Source: Azolla caroliniana
Lineage: Eukaryota; Plantae; Polypodiophyta
Reading direction: 5' to 3'
Length of the DNA stretch: 64,000 nucleotides
Assembly: GCA_043228905.1 (NCBI GenBank)
Contig: JBHGNT010000012.1
Coordinates: 17,670,001-17,734,000, forward strand
Position numbers and translations under genes: made by a program. Below are positions 1 through 13,816 of the stretch, piece after piece (the first letter of the stretch is position 1; every line of letters starts with the position of its first letter). A model generated the notes under the pieces. It was not told where the DNA came from and did not search any database. It saw only the letters and a program-made list of their open reading frames with translations.

Positions 1-74
1 ATTGCTCATAGACTATCATTGACTGACATAACTCCCAAGACAATACCAAGAACAATTATACATAGCCACATGCC

Positions 75-450
75 TCATATCAGTGGAGGAATTACCCAAA
101 GAGGTGGCTGATACTTCCAATGTATACAACAATTAACCATGTAAAATACATTCATCCTTTCCCATCTCTTCTTAAAAACCTCTTTCTTTTGAAAGACTAC
201 ATCTGGATCACCCTTGATAGCGTCATATTCTCCTTTTAGTGTATGCACCAAGGTCAACAAAATCTCCTTCACTACATCCACAATATTTTATTGAATTTGC
301 TGAAATATCCTTTGACATCTACTAGCCCACAAAACCCATAATGTTATGGAACTAATAGTCTCCCAAACCACCCCATTCTGTACTGAATTAATAGGCATAC
401 ACGACGACACTTCCTCAACATATCGACCTCTTGTATGTAATGCAAAGATA
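75..450 (-). mobile_element. 3' fragment of L1-type LINE ORF2 (C-terminal tail after zf-RVT)
   Basis: Minus-strand translation ...WETISSITLWVLWASRCQRIFQQ (WxLWxxRxxxIF motif of plant L1 ORF2 C-termini) followed by ORF 75..281. Same orientation as the LINE body at 8540-10986. Confidence 0.7.
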
Positions 451-558
451 ACCTTTTCTTGTTCAAGTTTTCCACATAAAAGATGTTGTGTCTCTGTACT
501 TGTCTTTTTTGCCTTCTCATTTTCTACCTGTGTATTGTCTGCCTTGATTCTTTGCACC

Positions 559-3500
559 TGTAAAGAATCAAGAGTGATTCTGTGTAGCGGAAGGACTGTG
601 TGTGTGAGTGTGTGTGCACAATAGAGAATGAGAGAGAGAGAGAGAGAGAGAGCTCTAATCAAGAAACTGTATATTATATCCAACAGTAACTAAGTTACAA
701 AAGGTTGGTTTAAATACCAACTAGTCTAGGGCAAATGCCCTTTTTACTAATTACAAAAATGTCCTAGTAAGTTGTCCACCGACTAGTGTGAACACTATTC
801 CTATGGGAAGTTGAGTTCGATTCTCAACATGCCCCTTCGAACACAACTTTCGGATGTCAAAAGGTTGTTTTGGTTCGGTTTTCAAAATACTTCGATTTGG
901 TTGAATCGGCTTCAATTTCAGTTTTCGACATGGCTTACGATTTTGATTGTTCGATTCTCCTTGTTCGGCTATTCGATTGTTTGTTCGTACATCGACTCCT
1001 CTGGTCGGCTTCAATCGATTGATCGGTTACTATTTGGCATCGGCTGGTACTTAGCTGGTATCGTGTCATGTGATGTACTCCCCCTCAAGCTTGGCAATGT
1101 AGAGACCGTGAGACCAGGGTCTGATGCAAATTGGCCGAGCTTGTCGATACCCAAGGCTTTTGTGAAGATGTCGGCCACATGACGATTCGTGTTGATGTGG
1201 TATAGGTCAACATCTCCGGCTTGTACACGCTCACGAATGAAGTGATAGCGTACTTCGATGTGTTTAGTCCGCGCATGGAACACAAGGTTCCGAGCCAGGT
1301 AGATATTGCTCATGTTGTCGTAGTATAGGTGAATTGGATCCTTGATGGGTGCACCCAGATCCTTCAGGATACGCTTGAGCCATATGGCTTCCGTGCTCGA
1401 CAATGCGAATGTCGGTTGCTTCCTACTGCTCCAAGAGATCACTCCGCTGTCAAGGGAGAAGACCAATCCGGAAGTCGATCGTCTATCGGCCTTATAGCCG
1501 GCCCAGTCTACGTTTGTGTACCTTTCGAGTCGAATAAGAGTATTCAACTTATACATGATGTCGTAATGTCGTGATCTTTGCCACTAGGGCAAAGGTCTCC
1601 TCGTAATCAACTCCGTGTGTTTGTGCATATCCTTTTGCGAAGAGTCGTGCTTTGAAGTGATTTACGGAGCCATCGACATTGTATTTGACCTTACAGATTC
1701 ATCTTCAACCAATTTCTTTCTTGTGAGGTGAATGGGGAACAAGATCCCACATCTCGTTTTTGCACAAGGCCTGCATTTCTTCATTCATCACATTGACCCA
1801 TCGCGGGTCCTTCACGGCTTTGGAAAATGTTTCTGGCTCTCGGACAATTGCTACCTTCATCATAAAGGCGTAATGATACGATATATACTCATCGTAGCCG
1901 AAACGGCTTACGGGGTTCTTTTCATGGGTAGATCGGGGTAGCTTCTCGTTTGTGAATACTAAGGCTTTCTTCGCTCCATTTGTCCGTATGTCGAGGCCTT
2001 CAAACTCACTATGACTCGTTGTCGATTGGATCTTTGTATTCAGACATCTTGGCCTTCCCTTTGTCGAGTTTCGGACTCAACCGAGATGTGCTTCAGTCAC
2101 ACGGGGGCTCCTGTAGTCCACTAAGTCTTGTCGTAATCGGACTTACTTCGAACATGTGTCTAAGTTGAAATTCATCTTCTATCTCTTGTTCGTCCGATTT
2201 TGGGCCAACTGGAGTAGAGGCCGAAGTCGTCTCTAGATCGTACCAGGATGTCGACTCGTCGAAAATGACGCCTCGACTCACTCAAGCTTTTCGGGTAGAT
2301 GGGTTGTAACATTTGTACCCCTTCTCTTCGAGCAAGTACCCTACGAGGATACATTTCTCCAACTTCCGGTCGAGCTTTTGTCACGTTTCGTCGGGAATAT
2401 GCACATAGGCAATTGAGCCGAAAATACGGACATGTAATAAATCTAGCTTCTTTCCAAAAATCTTCTCATGAGGGGTTACACTGTGTACCCTAGAGGTTGT
2501 ACACCTGTTCATGAGATATACGGTTGTGTTCACCGTTTCTGACCAGTACGATTTCGGTAGGTTCTTCTCAATCATCATTGCCCGTGCAACCTCTATTATG
2601 TGTTGATTCTTCCGTTTGGTTACACCATTTTGCTGAGGTGTATGTCAACATAAGAATTTTCGTCGTATTCCTTCCTTTCGGAGATATGCCGAAAACTCGT
2701 CCAAGAAATATTCTTTGCCTCCATCCGACCGAAGGCAGCGTACATGTCGGCTCGTGGCTTTCTCAACTTCATTATTAAACCTTTGGAAGTGTCTAAACAC
2801 TCCCCTCTTCTGTCTCATCAGGTAGATCCAGGTGTGCTTAGAGAAGTCATCGATGAACGTGACATACTAGCAGCAACCTCCGAATGTTGCGGTCTGGGCT
2901 AGTCCCCACACATCTGAATGTACTACATCCAGGATCCCTTTACTCACATTCCTCTCTTTCGGGAATGGATGTTGGTGTTGTTTTCCGAATTGGCACGCCT
3001 CACATACGCCCGTGATCTCCTTCTCGGTAAAGTTCAGGAGTACGATTACGACTCCTTTCAATTGCATGTTCTGGAGCTTTTGGAGTTTGATGTGGCCGAT
3101 TCTCTTGTGCCACAGTTTCAAGTTTGTTTCGACTTTGAGGCCTTTCGCGAACATAGCCGATTTCACCTCTTTTGATTCGAGGATGAACATTGGGCCTTCT
3201 TGGCGACCATGCACTATGATTTGATCGTCCTTTTCAATGAAGCACCCTTCATTATTGAATCGTACTTGCATACCTTGTTCGACAATCTGTCCAACCGAGA
3301 CCAGGTTTTTCGTGATGATTGGGACATGCAAGACGTTCTTGAGGTAGGTTTGTTTGCCGTCATTTCTGAATGGAACATTTCCGACATGCTGAATTGGGTG
3401 AGTTGTATCATCTTCGATTTCAACATAGTCGGGTCAATCAGGCTTTCATAATTCTCGGAACCAATCTTCATGGGACGTCATGTGATTGTATGCACCTGAG

Positions 3501-4896
3501 TCGACAAACCATATGCTATCTGAAGAAGAGGTGCTAGTCGGGGCATATGCCGACATCGAATGTGTTTCATGCCTCATTACGAACATCCTGCCACGATTGT
3601 CATAGTCAAAATTTGAAGCGTAGTTCGTGAGTTGTCGGCTAGTCGAAGCCGAGTCTCGTATCTTTTTTCGGCACTCCTCTTCATACTGGTCGTGTTTTCC
3701 ATAGTACCCGCATTCGATTAGGTTATTATGATTACTCGGTCCGGCGGGGTGGCTCCCCCTTCTGCCGAACTCTCTAGAACTAATCCTGTCCTCTTGCCAT
3801 TGGTGGGAGTTGCAGTCTTGGGTCGGCCGACTGTGTCGGCCTCGCCCAAACCAAAATCTATTTCCATGACTGAATCCTCTTCTATCATCTGACTATGAGT
3901 AGAGCATCCGACCATCAGGCACATTGTTCTTTTGTCAAATGTGATTTCCTTCGACCAACAGAATCGATTGAAGGTCGAAAAAGGAGGGAGCTTTCTCCCT
4001 CGCAAGAATGGCCGATCTGATCATGCTGAATCGAGGTGCCAAGCCGTCAAGGCATATTTGCACCATTTCATCATTGTCAACGACGAAGTTAATCGAACCG
4101 AGGGCATCGCACAACTCCTTGATCTTCAAGGTATAGCTGGTGATCGACATGTCCCTCTGTTGCATGTTGTTTAGCTCCTGTCGAAGTTGGAGCTTTTGTG
4201 CAGCCGTATTGGCCACAAAAATCTTCTTGAGATTTCCCCAAGCTTCTTTCAGTGTTTTCGAATCTTGAATATAGCCGAGCATGTGGTCATGGACGCATGA
4301 TGCAAAGCAAAATACAACACACGACTCGCGGCCTGCTCCCACGCTAGGTAGTCATCGTGTGTCGGGTTGGGTTGCGTTTCGTGAGCTCCCTCGATGTAGC
4401 TCTAGTAACCTTGTCCGACAAGGTACTGATGCATCTTGTACTCCCAACATGCGAATTTTATTCTATCGAACTTCTCGGTGGGAAGAGCGCTTCCCATCTG
4501 GGTGTTCATTGTCGAACTTCTTCTACTCTTGATGCGAGCTATGCAGAAATCATTGCTACAACGATCAACCGGTTCTCTACGAGTTTCAGCACAACACATG
4601 TAAAGGTGACGGGGCTTGGATCAAGCTACCACATGCTCTGATACCATGTAAAGAATCAAGAGTAATTCTGTGTAGCGGAAGGACTATGTGTGTGTGCACA
4701 AGAGAGAATGAGAGAGAGAGAGTGAGTGAGTGAGAGCTCTAATCAAGAAACTGTATATTACATCCAACAGGTTGGTTTAAATACCAACTAGTCTAGGGCA
4801 AATGCCCTTTTTACTAATTACAAAAATGTCCTAGTAAGTTGCCCACCGACTAGTGTGAACACTATTCCTATGGGAAGTTGAGTTTGATTCTCAACA
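559..4896 (-). mobile_element. Ty1/Copia LTR retrotransposon B, nested in the 5' LTR of A
   Basis: Direct repeats 559-829 and 4647-4896 (TGTAAAGAATCAAG...TTCTCAACA). tRNA-Met PBS (GCTCTGATACCA on +) at 4635-4646. Degenerate TSD GCACC/ATACC. Minus-strand gag, protease, integrase, RT remnant and RNase H. Confidence 0.95.
1011..4509 (-). pseudogene. Copia B gag-pol pseudogene (RT core deleted near 1570)
   Basis: MNTQMGSALPTEKFDR..WEYKMHQYL, WFVDSGA, LWHKRIGH, CEACQFGKQH, VVHSDVWG, DWAGYKADRRSTSG, FHARTKHIEVRYHFIRE. Confidence 0.9.
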
Positions 4897-4963
4897 ATAC
4901 CCAAACATTCAAAGTAGAACTAGTTGTGGCCGGTCATGATCCTTACAAAGTGGTATTAGAGCG

Positions 4964-7900
4964 ATGGATGAACACTTCGGCGGCATGTTCAAACTTACCG
5001 GCTCAAACTATTCAGTGTGGAAGTCGAAGATTCGGGACATGTTGGTGTGCAAAGACCTGTGGTTGCCAGTGCAATTCAGCAAAAGCAAGCCAGAAAAATT
5101 GATGCATCGACTTGGGAAGACATGCATCTGAAGGCGGCAACATATATAAGGTGTTTTATAGACATGAATCTATACAACAACTTTGATGAAGAGACAAGTG
5201 TCAGCATCCTCTAGAAGAAGATTGGTGTAATGTTCGAAAACAAGAATGTCATGAACAGAGTCTTAGTTTTCAGAAAAATCATGAAACTCCAGTATCAAGA
5301 TGGCTCCAACATGGTGGAGCACATTAATTCCTTCCAAGGACCGATGAACCAAACCACCTCTCTAGAAGTACCTCTTGCCGATGAGGTACTAGCACTGTTG
5401 TTGCTTGAATCCCTTCCAAATAGTTGGGAGACGCTCGTTGTCACACTGGGCAATGCGGGAACAGAAGGGAAGCATCTATCCCTAGAGCAAGTGAAGTCGA
5501 GCTTACTAAACGAGGAAGCTCGCTAGAAGGACCGAGAGTCCAATACCGACCCGAAGGCCCTTGTCACGGAAAGTGACATGAATCGAGGAAGAGGCCGAAA
5601 TTGAAGTCCCCAGAATCGAGATAAGTCAGGGACGAGGTCAAAGTTGAGGGGAAGACCCACGTGCTTCTATTGTGGGAAGCCGGGGCACTTCCAAAGGAAT
5701 TGCTAACACTTTCGAAAGGAGAAAGGGGGAGCTAATGGTGTAGAGCCGAAGCAAATCCCGGACAGAAACAACACCTCAACAATCGCCGCGAGTGAAAAGG
5801 AGCTACTGTTCATCAGCGAACAAAATGAGGTCAATCTCGTCGGCGAAGAATCAACATGGGTGGTCGATTCGGGTGCGTCGTTTCACCTAACTCCCGACCA
5901 GAAGTGCTTCTCATCATACAAGGCTGGAGACCACGGTCTTGTAAAGATGGGAAATGAAGGAGCATGCCAAATTCTCAGGATAGGAAAAGTGTGTTTGGTA
6001 ACATCAACCGAGTGCAAACTTGTATTGAGAGATGTACGACACGTTGCGGAAGTTCGATTGAACTTGATATCAGCTGGTCGGCTGGATGACGAAGGCTACA
6101 CGCGTAGCATCTGGAACAACGTCATGAAGTTCTGCAAAGGGAGCCTGATCGTGGCTTGAGCCCGGAAAACCAACACTATATATATAATGCATGCTCTATT
6201 ATGCCGAAATGAGGTAAACGTGGCATCCAACATAGCCGGTGAGCTGTGGCATAAGAGGCTATGCCACATGAACCAGAAGGGAATGCAGATGCTAGCCCGA
6301 AAAGAACTCCTACCGGAGGTAAAGAAGGTGCATCTGGACAAATGTGTTGATTGCCTAGCTGCCAAGCAAAACCAAACCTCTTTCTGATCAAGGCCCTCGA
6401 TGAGGAAGAAAATGTCACTGGAACTCATGCATACGGATGTATCCTACGTGGATACAAAGTCGCATGATGGTTCATAGTATTTCATGACCTTCATAGATGA
6501 TTGTAGCCGGAAGTTGTGGGCTTCTATGCTGAAGACGAAGGATCATGTGCTATATGTCTTCAAAGAGTTCCGAGCGAGGGCAGTCTAAGCAGATAATGGC
6601 GGAGACTACCGTGGACTGTTCGAAGAATATTGTTGAGCATAGGAATCTAGCTCAAGTATATCATGCCGAAGGCGCTCGAGCTTAACGGGCTAGCCGAGAG
6701 GATGAACCGGACCGTAATGGAGAGGATCCGAAGTATGCTTGCACATGCAAAGTTACCGAAGACGTTCTAGGCTGAGGCGTTGATGACGGCATCGTATGTG
6801 ATAAATCGATCACCCTCAGTACCCTTGTATGGTGATATTCCACAAAGGGTGTGGAGTAAGCTAGACCCAAAATCTCGGCCATGTATATTTCTCGGTTACG
6901 GCGATGACAAATTCGGCTATCGACTATGGGACTTAGCCGAGAAGAAGGCAACTAGGAGCCGAAACATCGTCTTCAGGGAAGAGAAGACAATTATCGATTG
7001 GGAGATTGAGAAATCGAATCCGAGCCAGTTGGCCAATTTAATACTCGGCAAAATCGAGAACCAACTAAAGAACAAGGGAACCGTCCGAACAAGGAACCGA
7101 ATTCGGCTTGACTGAAGAAGTTGAAGAAGAACCAATCGTGCCGAATGGAGGCCGAAATAGGAAGCTTGAAGAAGGCTTTGAGTAGGTCATTCTCGATGAA
7201 GGATATGGGTCGCAAAACAAATCTTGGGAATGCACATTGTTCGGGATTGAACAAAGAAATTGTTATGGCTATCACAGGAGAAATACATGACAAAAGTGCT
7301 CTAGAGATTCGACATGGAAAGCGCGACACTGCCGACAAACTGTAGGTTTTCCGGAAGCTAAAGTCCGAAATCGAAAACCGAGAAGGCCGAGATGTCAAAA
7401 GTCCCTTATGCCTCGGTAGTTGGAAGCCTAATGTACGCAATGGTTTGCACCAGGCCGGACATTGTGTATGTAGTTGGAGTGGTTAGCCGATATATGAGCA
7501 ATCCCAGGAGGGAGCATTGGGCTTCCATGAAGTGGATACTTTGGTACTTGAAAGGCACCTCAAATGTGTGTCTTTGATTCGGCTCAGGTAACCCCACACT
7601 AGAAGGTTATACTGACTCAGACATGTCGGCTGATGTGGATACCAGTCGATCCACGTCTAGGTACATAATGACTTATGTATGGGGAGTTGTCTCGTGGCAA
7701 TTGAGGTTGCAGAAGAACGTGGCGTTTTCAACCACGGAAGCCGAGTAAATGGCCGGAGCAGAAGCTGGCAAGGAGGTAGTATGGATGAAGGAGTCCATCG
7801 AAGAGTTGGGAATTTGGCAAGAGGAATTCCAACTCCACTGCGAGCACTAGAGTGTCATCTACCTTGTGAAGAATGCCTCCTACCACTCGAGGACCAAGCA

Positions 7901-8075
7901 CATCCAAAGAAGATATCATTGGCTCCGAGAGCGAGTAGAAGAAAAGGATATTGCTCTAGTAAAGATCCACATGAACAACAATGGGTCAGACATGCTAATG
8001 AAGGTCTTGTCGGCCGAGAAGTTGGATGCATGCCGACAAAGGGTCGGTTTGATGAAGCAACCCATGCCAGAGTGA
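4964..8075 (+). pseudogene. Copia A gag-pol pseudogene (stops, frameshifts, most of RT deleted near 7140)
   Basis: MDEHFGGMFKL..., LPNSWETL, CFYCGKPGHFQRNC, VVDSGASFH, LWHKRLCHM, PYASVVGSLMYAMVCTRPDI, YHSRTKHIQRRYHWLRE. Confidence 0.9.
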
Positions 8076-8539
8076 AGGGGGACTTTGTTGGGAAACAGGT
8101 CCCTTGTGGACTATGTATGTAAATAGCTAGAAAGTTGTATAAGTATAAATACAACTAGGGCAAACTTGAGTGGGTATATTGAATCATTATAGTTGTAATA
8201 AGTTACAGTGAGTAGTTGCCTCTGTAACTGTGAACTAGTAGGAGAGAGTGAAAGTGTGTAAGAGTGTGAGTAACTTTGCATCCGTCATTTGACGAAGACG
8301 AGCTCGAGGTTGTTGCCTCCGAGTGTCCTTGTATTCCTCCCTCATTATAGTGATTTTGTTTCTCAGGGTTTGTGGACCCCCGTGGTTTTTCCCCAGTTCG
8401 GGTTTTCCACGTAAAAGATGTTGCGTCTCTATACCTGTCTTTTCTACCTTCTTGTTTTCTGTTTGTGTACTATCTATCTTGATTCTTTGCACCCAAACAT
8501 ACGAAGTAGAACCGGTTGTGGCCGGTCACGATACTTACA

Positions 8540-10986
8540 CAATCAACCATCTAAATAGAATAATCTTCTTTGGAATTTGCATAGACCATAGCCATTTCCA
8601 AAATGTTGTCATATGTCATTTCCAAAATGTTGTCATATGAGTAGGATCAACATTATAACTCAATCATGTTGTAGCTATTGTTGGCCAATGAGGTATCCTA
8701 CGTTGTAACATCTCCCTTCCCAATCGAACCGAATATTGAAAAATTAGAATCAGCCTAACATCCTCCCCAAAATATGATGTAGGTAACCACTTCCATTCCC
8801 CTGGATCCCATTCCAATTCACATAATGGTTTTTTGCCCACTACCCATAGATCCCACCATGGATGAAAAACATTAGGATCAGGGTCTAGGATCCAAATCTT
8901 ATCTACCATAGCTAGAATTCTAATGGGTTTTAATGTAGCCTCAGCAAGACATTCATCTTCTAGGGGGATCAACCCTAATCATCCATCCTGTAAAACATCA
9001 TAACTCAAGAAAGTATCCTTATCTCTAAGGCCACAAACTCCAAGTAAAATTTGAAAATTTGAAAATAATCCCACCCACTTATGACAATTAGAATGTATAT
9101 TATCCATCAAGGGTAGCTGCAATTTCCTTAACTCATCAACTATCATCTTTCCTCCTCTTATTCATCTATATTCTTGTTGTATAATATCAATAGGATTGTG
9201 AACGAAGCATTGTCACTTACTAGGAGATGAGGCAAAAGATGAATCCACTTGAGCCCAATTTAATCTCACTCTCCTCCCCAACATAGATCCTTCATCATCT
9301 AGAAATAAAATATTCCAAACCAAGGATTGATGTAACCATTCATCCATCAAAGTGGGCCAAACTTGTTGCAAATTATCTTTTAGGGACCACCAGGCTCTCC
9401 TTAACACAGCAAAGAACCTATCATTCTAAAATACAATCTTATGCGAATGGAAGTTAGGAATAAACCACCATCAAAGAGACCTTGTCCATTCACCTCCAGT
9501 TTTCGGGAAGACCTCTTTCATTCTTAACTGAAGAGGCATCTTCCACAATTCATTTCTTGGCAGCAAACCTTGCACTATAAATTTTGCCAATAGTGTCTTA
9601 CATTGCATCAGAGGATCCACTAAACCTAAACCCCCTTGAGATGTCGACACTATAATAGTTTTCCAAGCTACCTTCAGTCTAACATTCTTAAAATCAGTAG
9701 AACCCCATAAGAAATTTCTAATCAACCTCTGTAACTTTGACAACAAAGATCTGGAGAATAACCAAGAGGGCAGAATATACCACATTGAGGAGAGTAATAC
9801 TTTATTAGAAATAACTAGCCTCCCCGCCAGTGACAAACTCTTAGAACTCCAAAAGATTAACTTCTTCCTCAAAGAAAGCAATAATGGTTGAATGGGGGAA
9901 GATTATTTCCCACTTGACACCCTAAATATCTCATTGGAGAGCCTTTTGGTATCCAAAGAAATCCAACGTCCAGACACCAAGTAGGAGTAAGACCTTCCCC
10001 AACCCATACCACTGATTTGTGCCAATTAATAATAGCACCTGAAGAAGCATCACGGAAATCATGGATCACATTTTGCACATTACAAAAAAATTTGTCATCT
10101 CATACAACATACAATGTTGTGTCATCTACAAATTCACAGTCTAACACAACCTCCTCCACACCTGGCCATTCTATGCCCTTAATAGGTAATTTGTTCTTAT
10201 GCAAGAATGCACTAAAGGATTCACCTATGAATAGAAATAAATATGGAGCCAAAGGACATCCTTGTCTCACCAATCTAGTAATCAGAAAATTTTTACCTAG
10301 TGCTCCACCAACAAGAACTCGACTAGATGTTGAAGTATATAAGGCAAAAACAGCCCTAATGTAATCAATTGGAAGACCTAGACAACCCATAACCTCATAT
10401 AAAAAATTCCAACCGACTCTGTCATAAGCTTTCTCAAAATCCAAAAGCAATATTGCTAAGTCTTGTTTTATTTCTTGCGTTATTGCTATCATCTCCCAAA
10501 ACATGAAAATATTATCAAATATATACTCCTTTCCTGTATAAAGCCTGTTTGATTCTTATGTACAATATGTGGAAGAAACAGTTACAAACGTATAGCTAAT
10601 AATTTAGCATAAACTTTATGTATTGTATTTAAAATAGTTATAGGCCTCCATTTCTTAATATCATCCACCATACCTTCTATCTTTGGAATCAAATAAATCA
10701 TTCCTTCATTCCACTTAGCAGGAATCCTTCCCAAATGGAAAACCTCTTGTAACGCGGCTATGAAAGCATCAACTATATCATTCCAATACTCTAAAAACAA
10801 TTCTAGTGATAATCCATCATTTCCTGGGCATACATTCTTCCCAACAACCACCAGTGCAACTCTTACCTCTGTAGAAGAGATTTCCTTCACTAATGATTCA
10901 ACCATCTCATATGAGACCTTATGTTCCAAACAGTTCAAAACAATTTTTCTTTTTTGGAGTTGTTGACCCGAAAATTGTTGGGTTGT
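8540..10986 (-). mobile_element. L1-type LINE ORF2 (RT and C-terminal region), 5'-truncated and degenerate
   Basis: KKWRPITILNTIHKVYAK, LLLDFEKAYDRV, VRQGCPLAPYLF, FVDDT, LSLAGRLVISNKVL, QGGLGLVD, and WKWLWSMQIPKKIILFRWL (zf-RVT start) at ~8540-8600. Confidence 0.92.
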
Positions 10987-13688
10987 TGTCAGGAATAGTA
11001 CTGAGACAGAGAGGAAATTAGTACTAAGAGATGAAGATTAGTACTAAGAGGGAAAGAGGGTGTAGAACACTCGAGAGAAGGAGAGAGAGAGAGAGAGGGA
11101 GAGGGAGGGAGGGAGGGAGAGAGAGAATGATGATGACAGAATATATATTATGTGAAAAGAATATACAAAGATAGCTAGGAGGCTTAAGACTGGCATTGAA
11201 CCCATTTGGTTCTCAATAATGCCATGTGCCTCTCTTTATAGTGGCTTAGGAATACTCTTGACATTTCTAGAATGTTCTATAGAAATCTAGAATATACATG
11301 GATTTTCTAAGTGAAATAATAAATGGAAATAATAATCTACGTATTACAAAGAATAGCTTAACGATAAGGTTTTCGCCCATGTGCCACAAGGTTCCCAAGT
11401 ATTGGGAGTCGTCTTAGATGGAGGACCTGGCTTGTCGAGATATCGTCAATGAAATTCCTCAACAAGAGCTCGAGCATTTACCACATTCTCAACTAGTTCC
11501 CAAGTACGCTCGCTTGGACTATAGCCTAGCCAATCAACCAAATAATAGAGCTTGTTGTGAACAATCTTGGAATCGAGGATGGCAGCTACTTCCTACTCCG
11601 GTTTTGCTTCAAGCTCGATCAAGGGTGGAGGTGGTGTAATACGATTCGGAATAGTAATGTCATGATACATTTTGAGAAGAGAACTATGAAAAATTAGATG
11701 TATCCATAGTTGTGAAGGTAGATCGAGACGAAAAACGACATCATTAATTTTTCCGATAATATGGAAAGGACCTAGTCGCCAATAATCCAATTTATTGCAT
11801 GGGCGAGCGGTCTTGATGTGTCATCGTAATAGCCATACCCAATCTCCAATGTTAAAACTGGATGGAAGCCGATGACGATCCGCATAATCCTTGTGTGTTT
11901 GTTGAGCCTGTTGTAAATGAGTAGATAAGTTCGCCTATATCTTGCGTAGCCGCTCCAAACGATCCTCTACACAAGGATTTGTGGGTAACTCCGGAGTTTC
12001 TATTACACACCACCGGGGATGATAGCCCGTATAAGCATAAAATGGTGTAAACCTAGACGATGAGTGGACAGAGTTATTATAGACAAATTCGGCAAAGTGG
12101 AGAATATCCGCCCAGTCATCTTGCTGATAGCTTAGGAAACACCGAAGATACAATTCCAGCATTTGATTTGTTCGTTTTTCTTGTTCATCTGTTTGCGGGT
12201 GGTAGCCGAAGGAGAGGTTACAAGTGACCCTGAGCATTTTGAAGAGGTGCTTCCAGAATTTCGAGACGAATTGGGGTCCACGATCGTTGATGATACTATC
12301 GAGGAGGCCATGATGCAGACATACCTCACACATGACCGTCTTGGCGGTTTCTTCACTAGTGATTTCCTTAGTACATGGCAGGAAATGGGCCATCTTCGTA
12401 TATCGATCTACCACTGTTAAGATCGCATCAAATCCCTTAGAAACTGGAAGATCTGTGATGAAATCTAGAGCAATGGATTGGCACTGCTTACTTGGAATTG
12501 GTAATGGTTCTAATAAACCATATGGATGATGTCTTGGCATCTTTGCTCTACAACATGTATCACATCTCCAAACATATCTTTGACAAATCGTCGCATATGA
12601 CGCCACCAGAATGATCGTTATACTAAATCTAACGTTTTAGTACTACCAAAATGCCTAATTGTATATGTGTCGTGACAATTTTGGACTACCTGAAGGCAAC
12701 AAGAACCATTAGCAACATACAAGAGCTTCTTAAAGAATAGTAATCCATCATGACATTTGAATTGTCGATAGTTCGTACCTGGTTGTTTCAACTGTGAACA
12801 AGATGCTCAAGAGGAGTCAATTTGTGCTAGAATGGCTTGAGCGAAAATGTTTGTCTTCAAGTCCTTCTGCATGGTATCAATAATGTAGGAATCCAATGGC
12901 GTATCGAAAACCCACGTTGCTTGTAGTTGTGTTGGTCCCAGGATTACTTGCTTTTGATTATCGAATGTTGGCTCACCAAGACATGGTGCTAGATACAAAT
13001 GTCGTCATAACGCACCTACCTTCCCTTGTTGCTTCCCAGGGCGATATGTAATTTTGAAGTTGAAACGAGTGAGGAATTGGGCCCACCGAGCTTGACGTGG
13101 ATTTAATACACAAGCATCCTAGAAGTAGGCAAGATTTTTATGATCACTGAATACGGTGACTTGATGAGAAGATCCCTCTAGAAAATGCTTCCATTGTGTA
13201 AAAGAGTCCACTATTGCTAATAGTTCCTTGTCGTGAATTTCGTAGTTTATTTCGGCGGCGTCAAACTTGCGTGAGTGGAAAGCCACAGGATGTAGCTTTT
13301 CATCATCGCCTTGCTGTGACAGAATGCTACCCAAGGGGAAATCTGATGCGTCTGCCTCAATGATAAACGGTTTTTTCAAATCCACAGGAGCTAGAATAGG
13401 AGCTGATGTAAATGCCTTCTTAAGACTCACAAAACCCATGTCCGCTTCTTTAGATCAAACAAACGATTGCCCCTTCTTGGTAACCTGTGTGAGAGGCAGA
13501 ATAAGCTTTGAGTAATCCTATATAAACTTGCGGTAGAAATTGGTGAAGCCTAAAAAGCATTGCACATCTCGCAACGAACGTGGAGTCTGCCACTCTACCA
13601 CAGTTTTGACCTTAGCTGGATCCATAGATATGCCTTCCGAAGAGATGACATAACTGTTACCCGTAAGAATATATGGGGAGGCATAAGG

Positions 13689-13816
13689 GTATGTGTAATG
13701 ATGTGGTTGATGTGTATGTATAATATGAATGAGTGTGTGAGGATGAGTATGTGTATGTGTAATGATGCAGTTGATGTGTATGTATAATATGAATGAGTGT
13801 GTGAGGATGAGTATGT
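13689..13816. repeat. 64-bp tandem duplication in the 5' LTR of D (single copy in the 3' LTR)
   Basis: GTATGTGTAATGATG(TG/CA)GTTGATGTGTATGTATAATATGAATGAGTGTGTGAGGATGAGTATGT twice; accounts for most of the 435 vs 367 bp LTR difference. Confidence 0.9.

Larger units (their letters stand above)
455..8539 (+). mobile_element. Ty1/Copia LTR retrotransposon A (degenerate; 5' LTR truncated and interrupted by element B)
   Basis: 5' LTR remnant ~455-558 + 4897-4947 matches the distal part of the 3' LTR 8086-8539 (TGTTGGG...TTACA). PBS TGGTATTAGAGC at 4951-4962, PPT GAGTGAAGGGGGA at ~8070-8082. Gag, CCHC knuckle, DSGAS protease, GAG-pre-integrase, integrase and RNase H fragments in Copia order. Confidence 0.93.
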
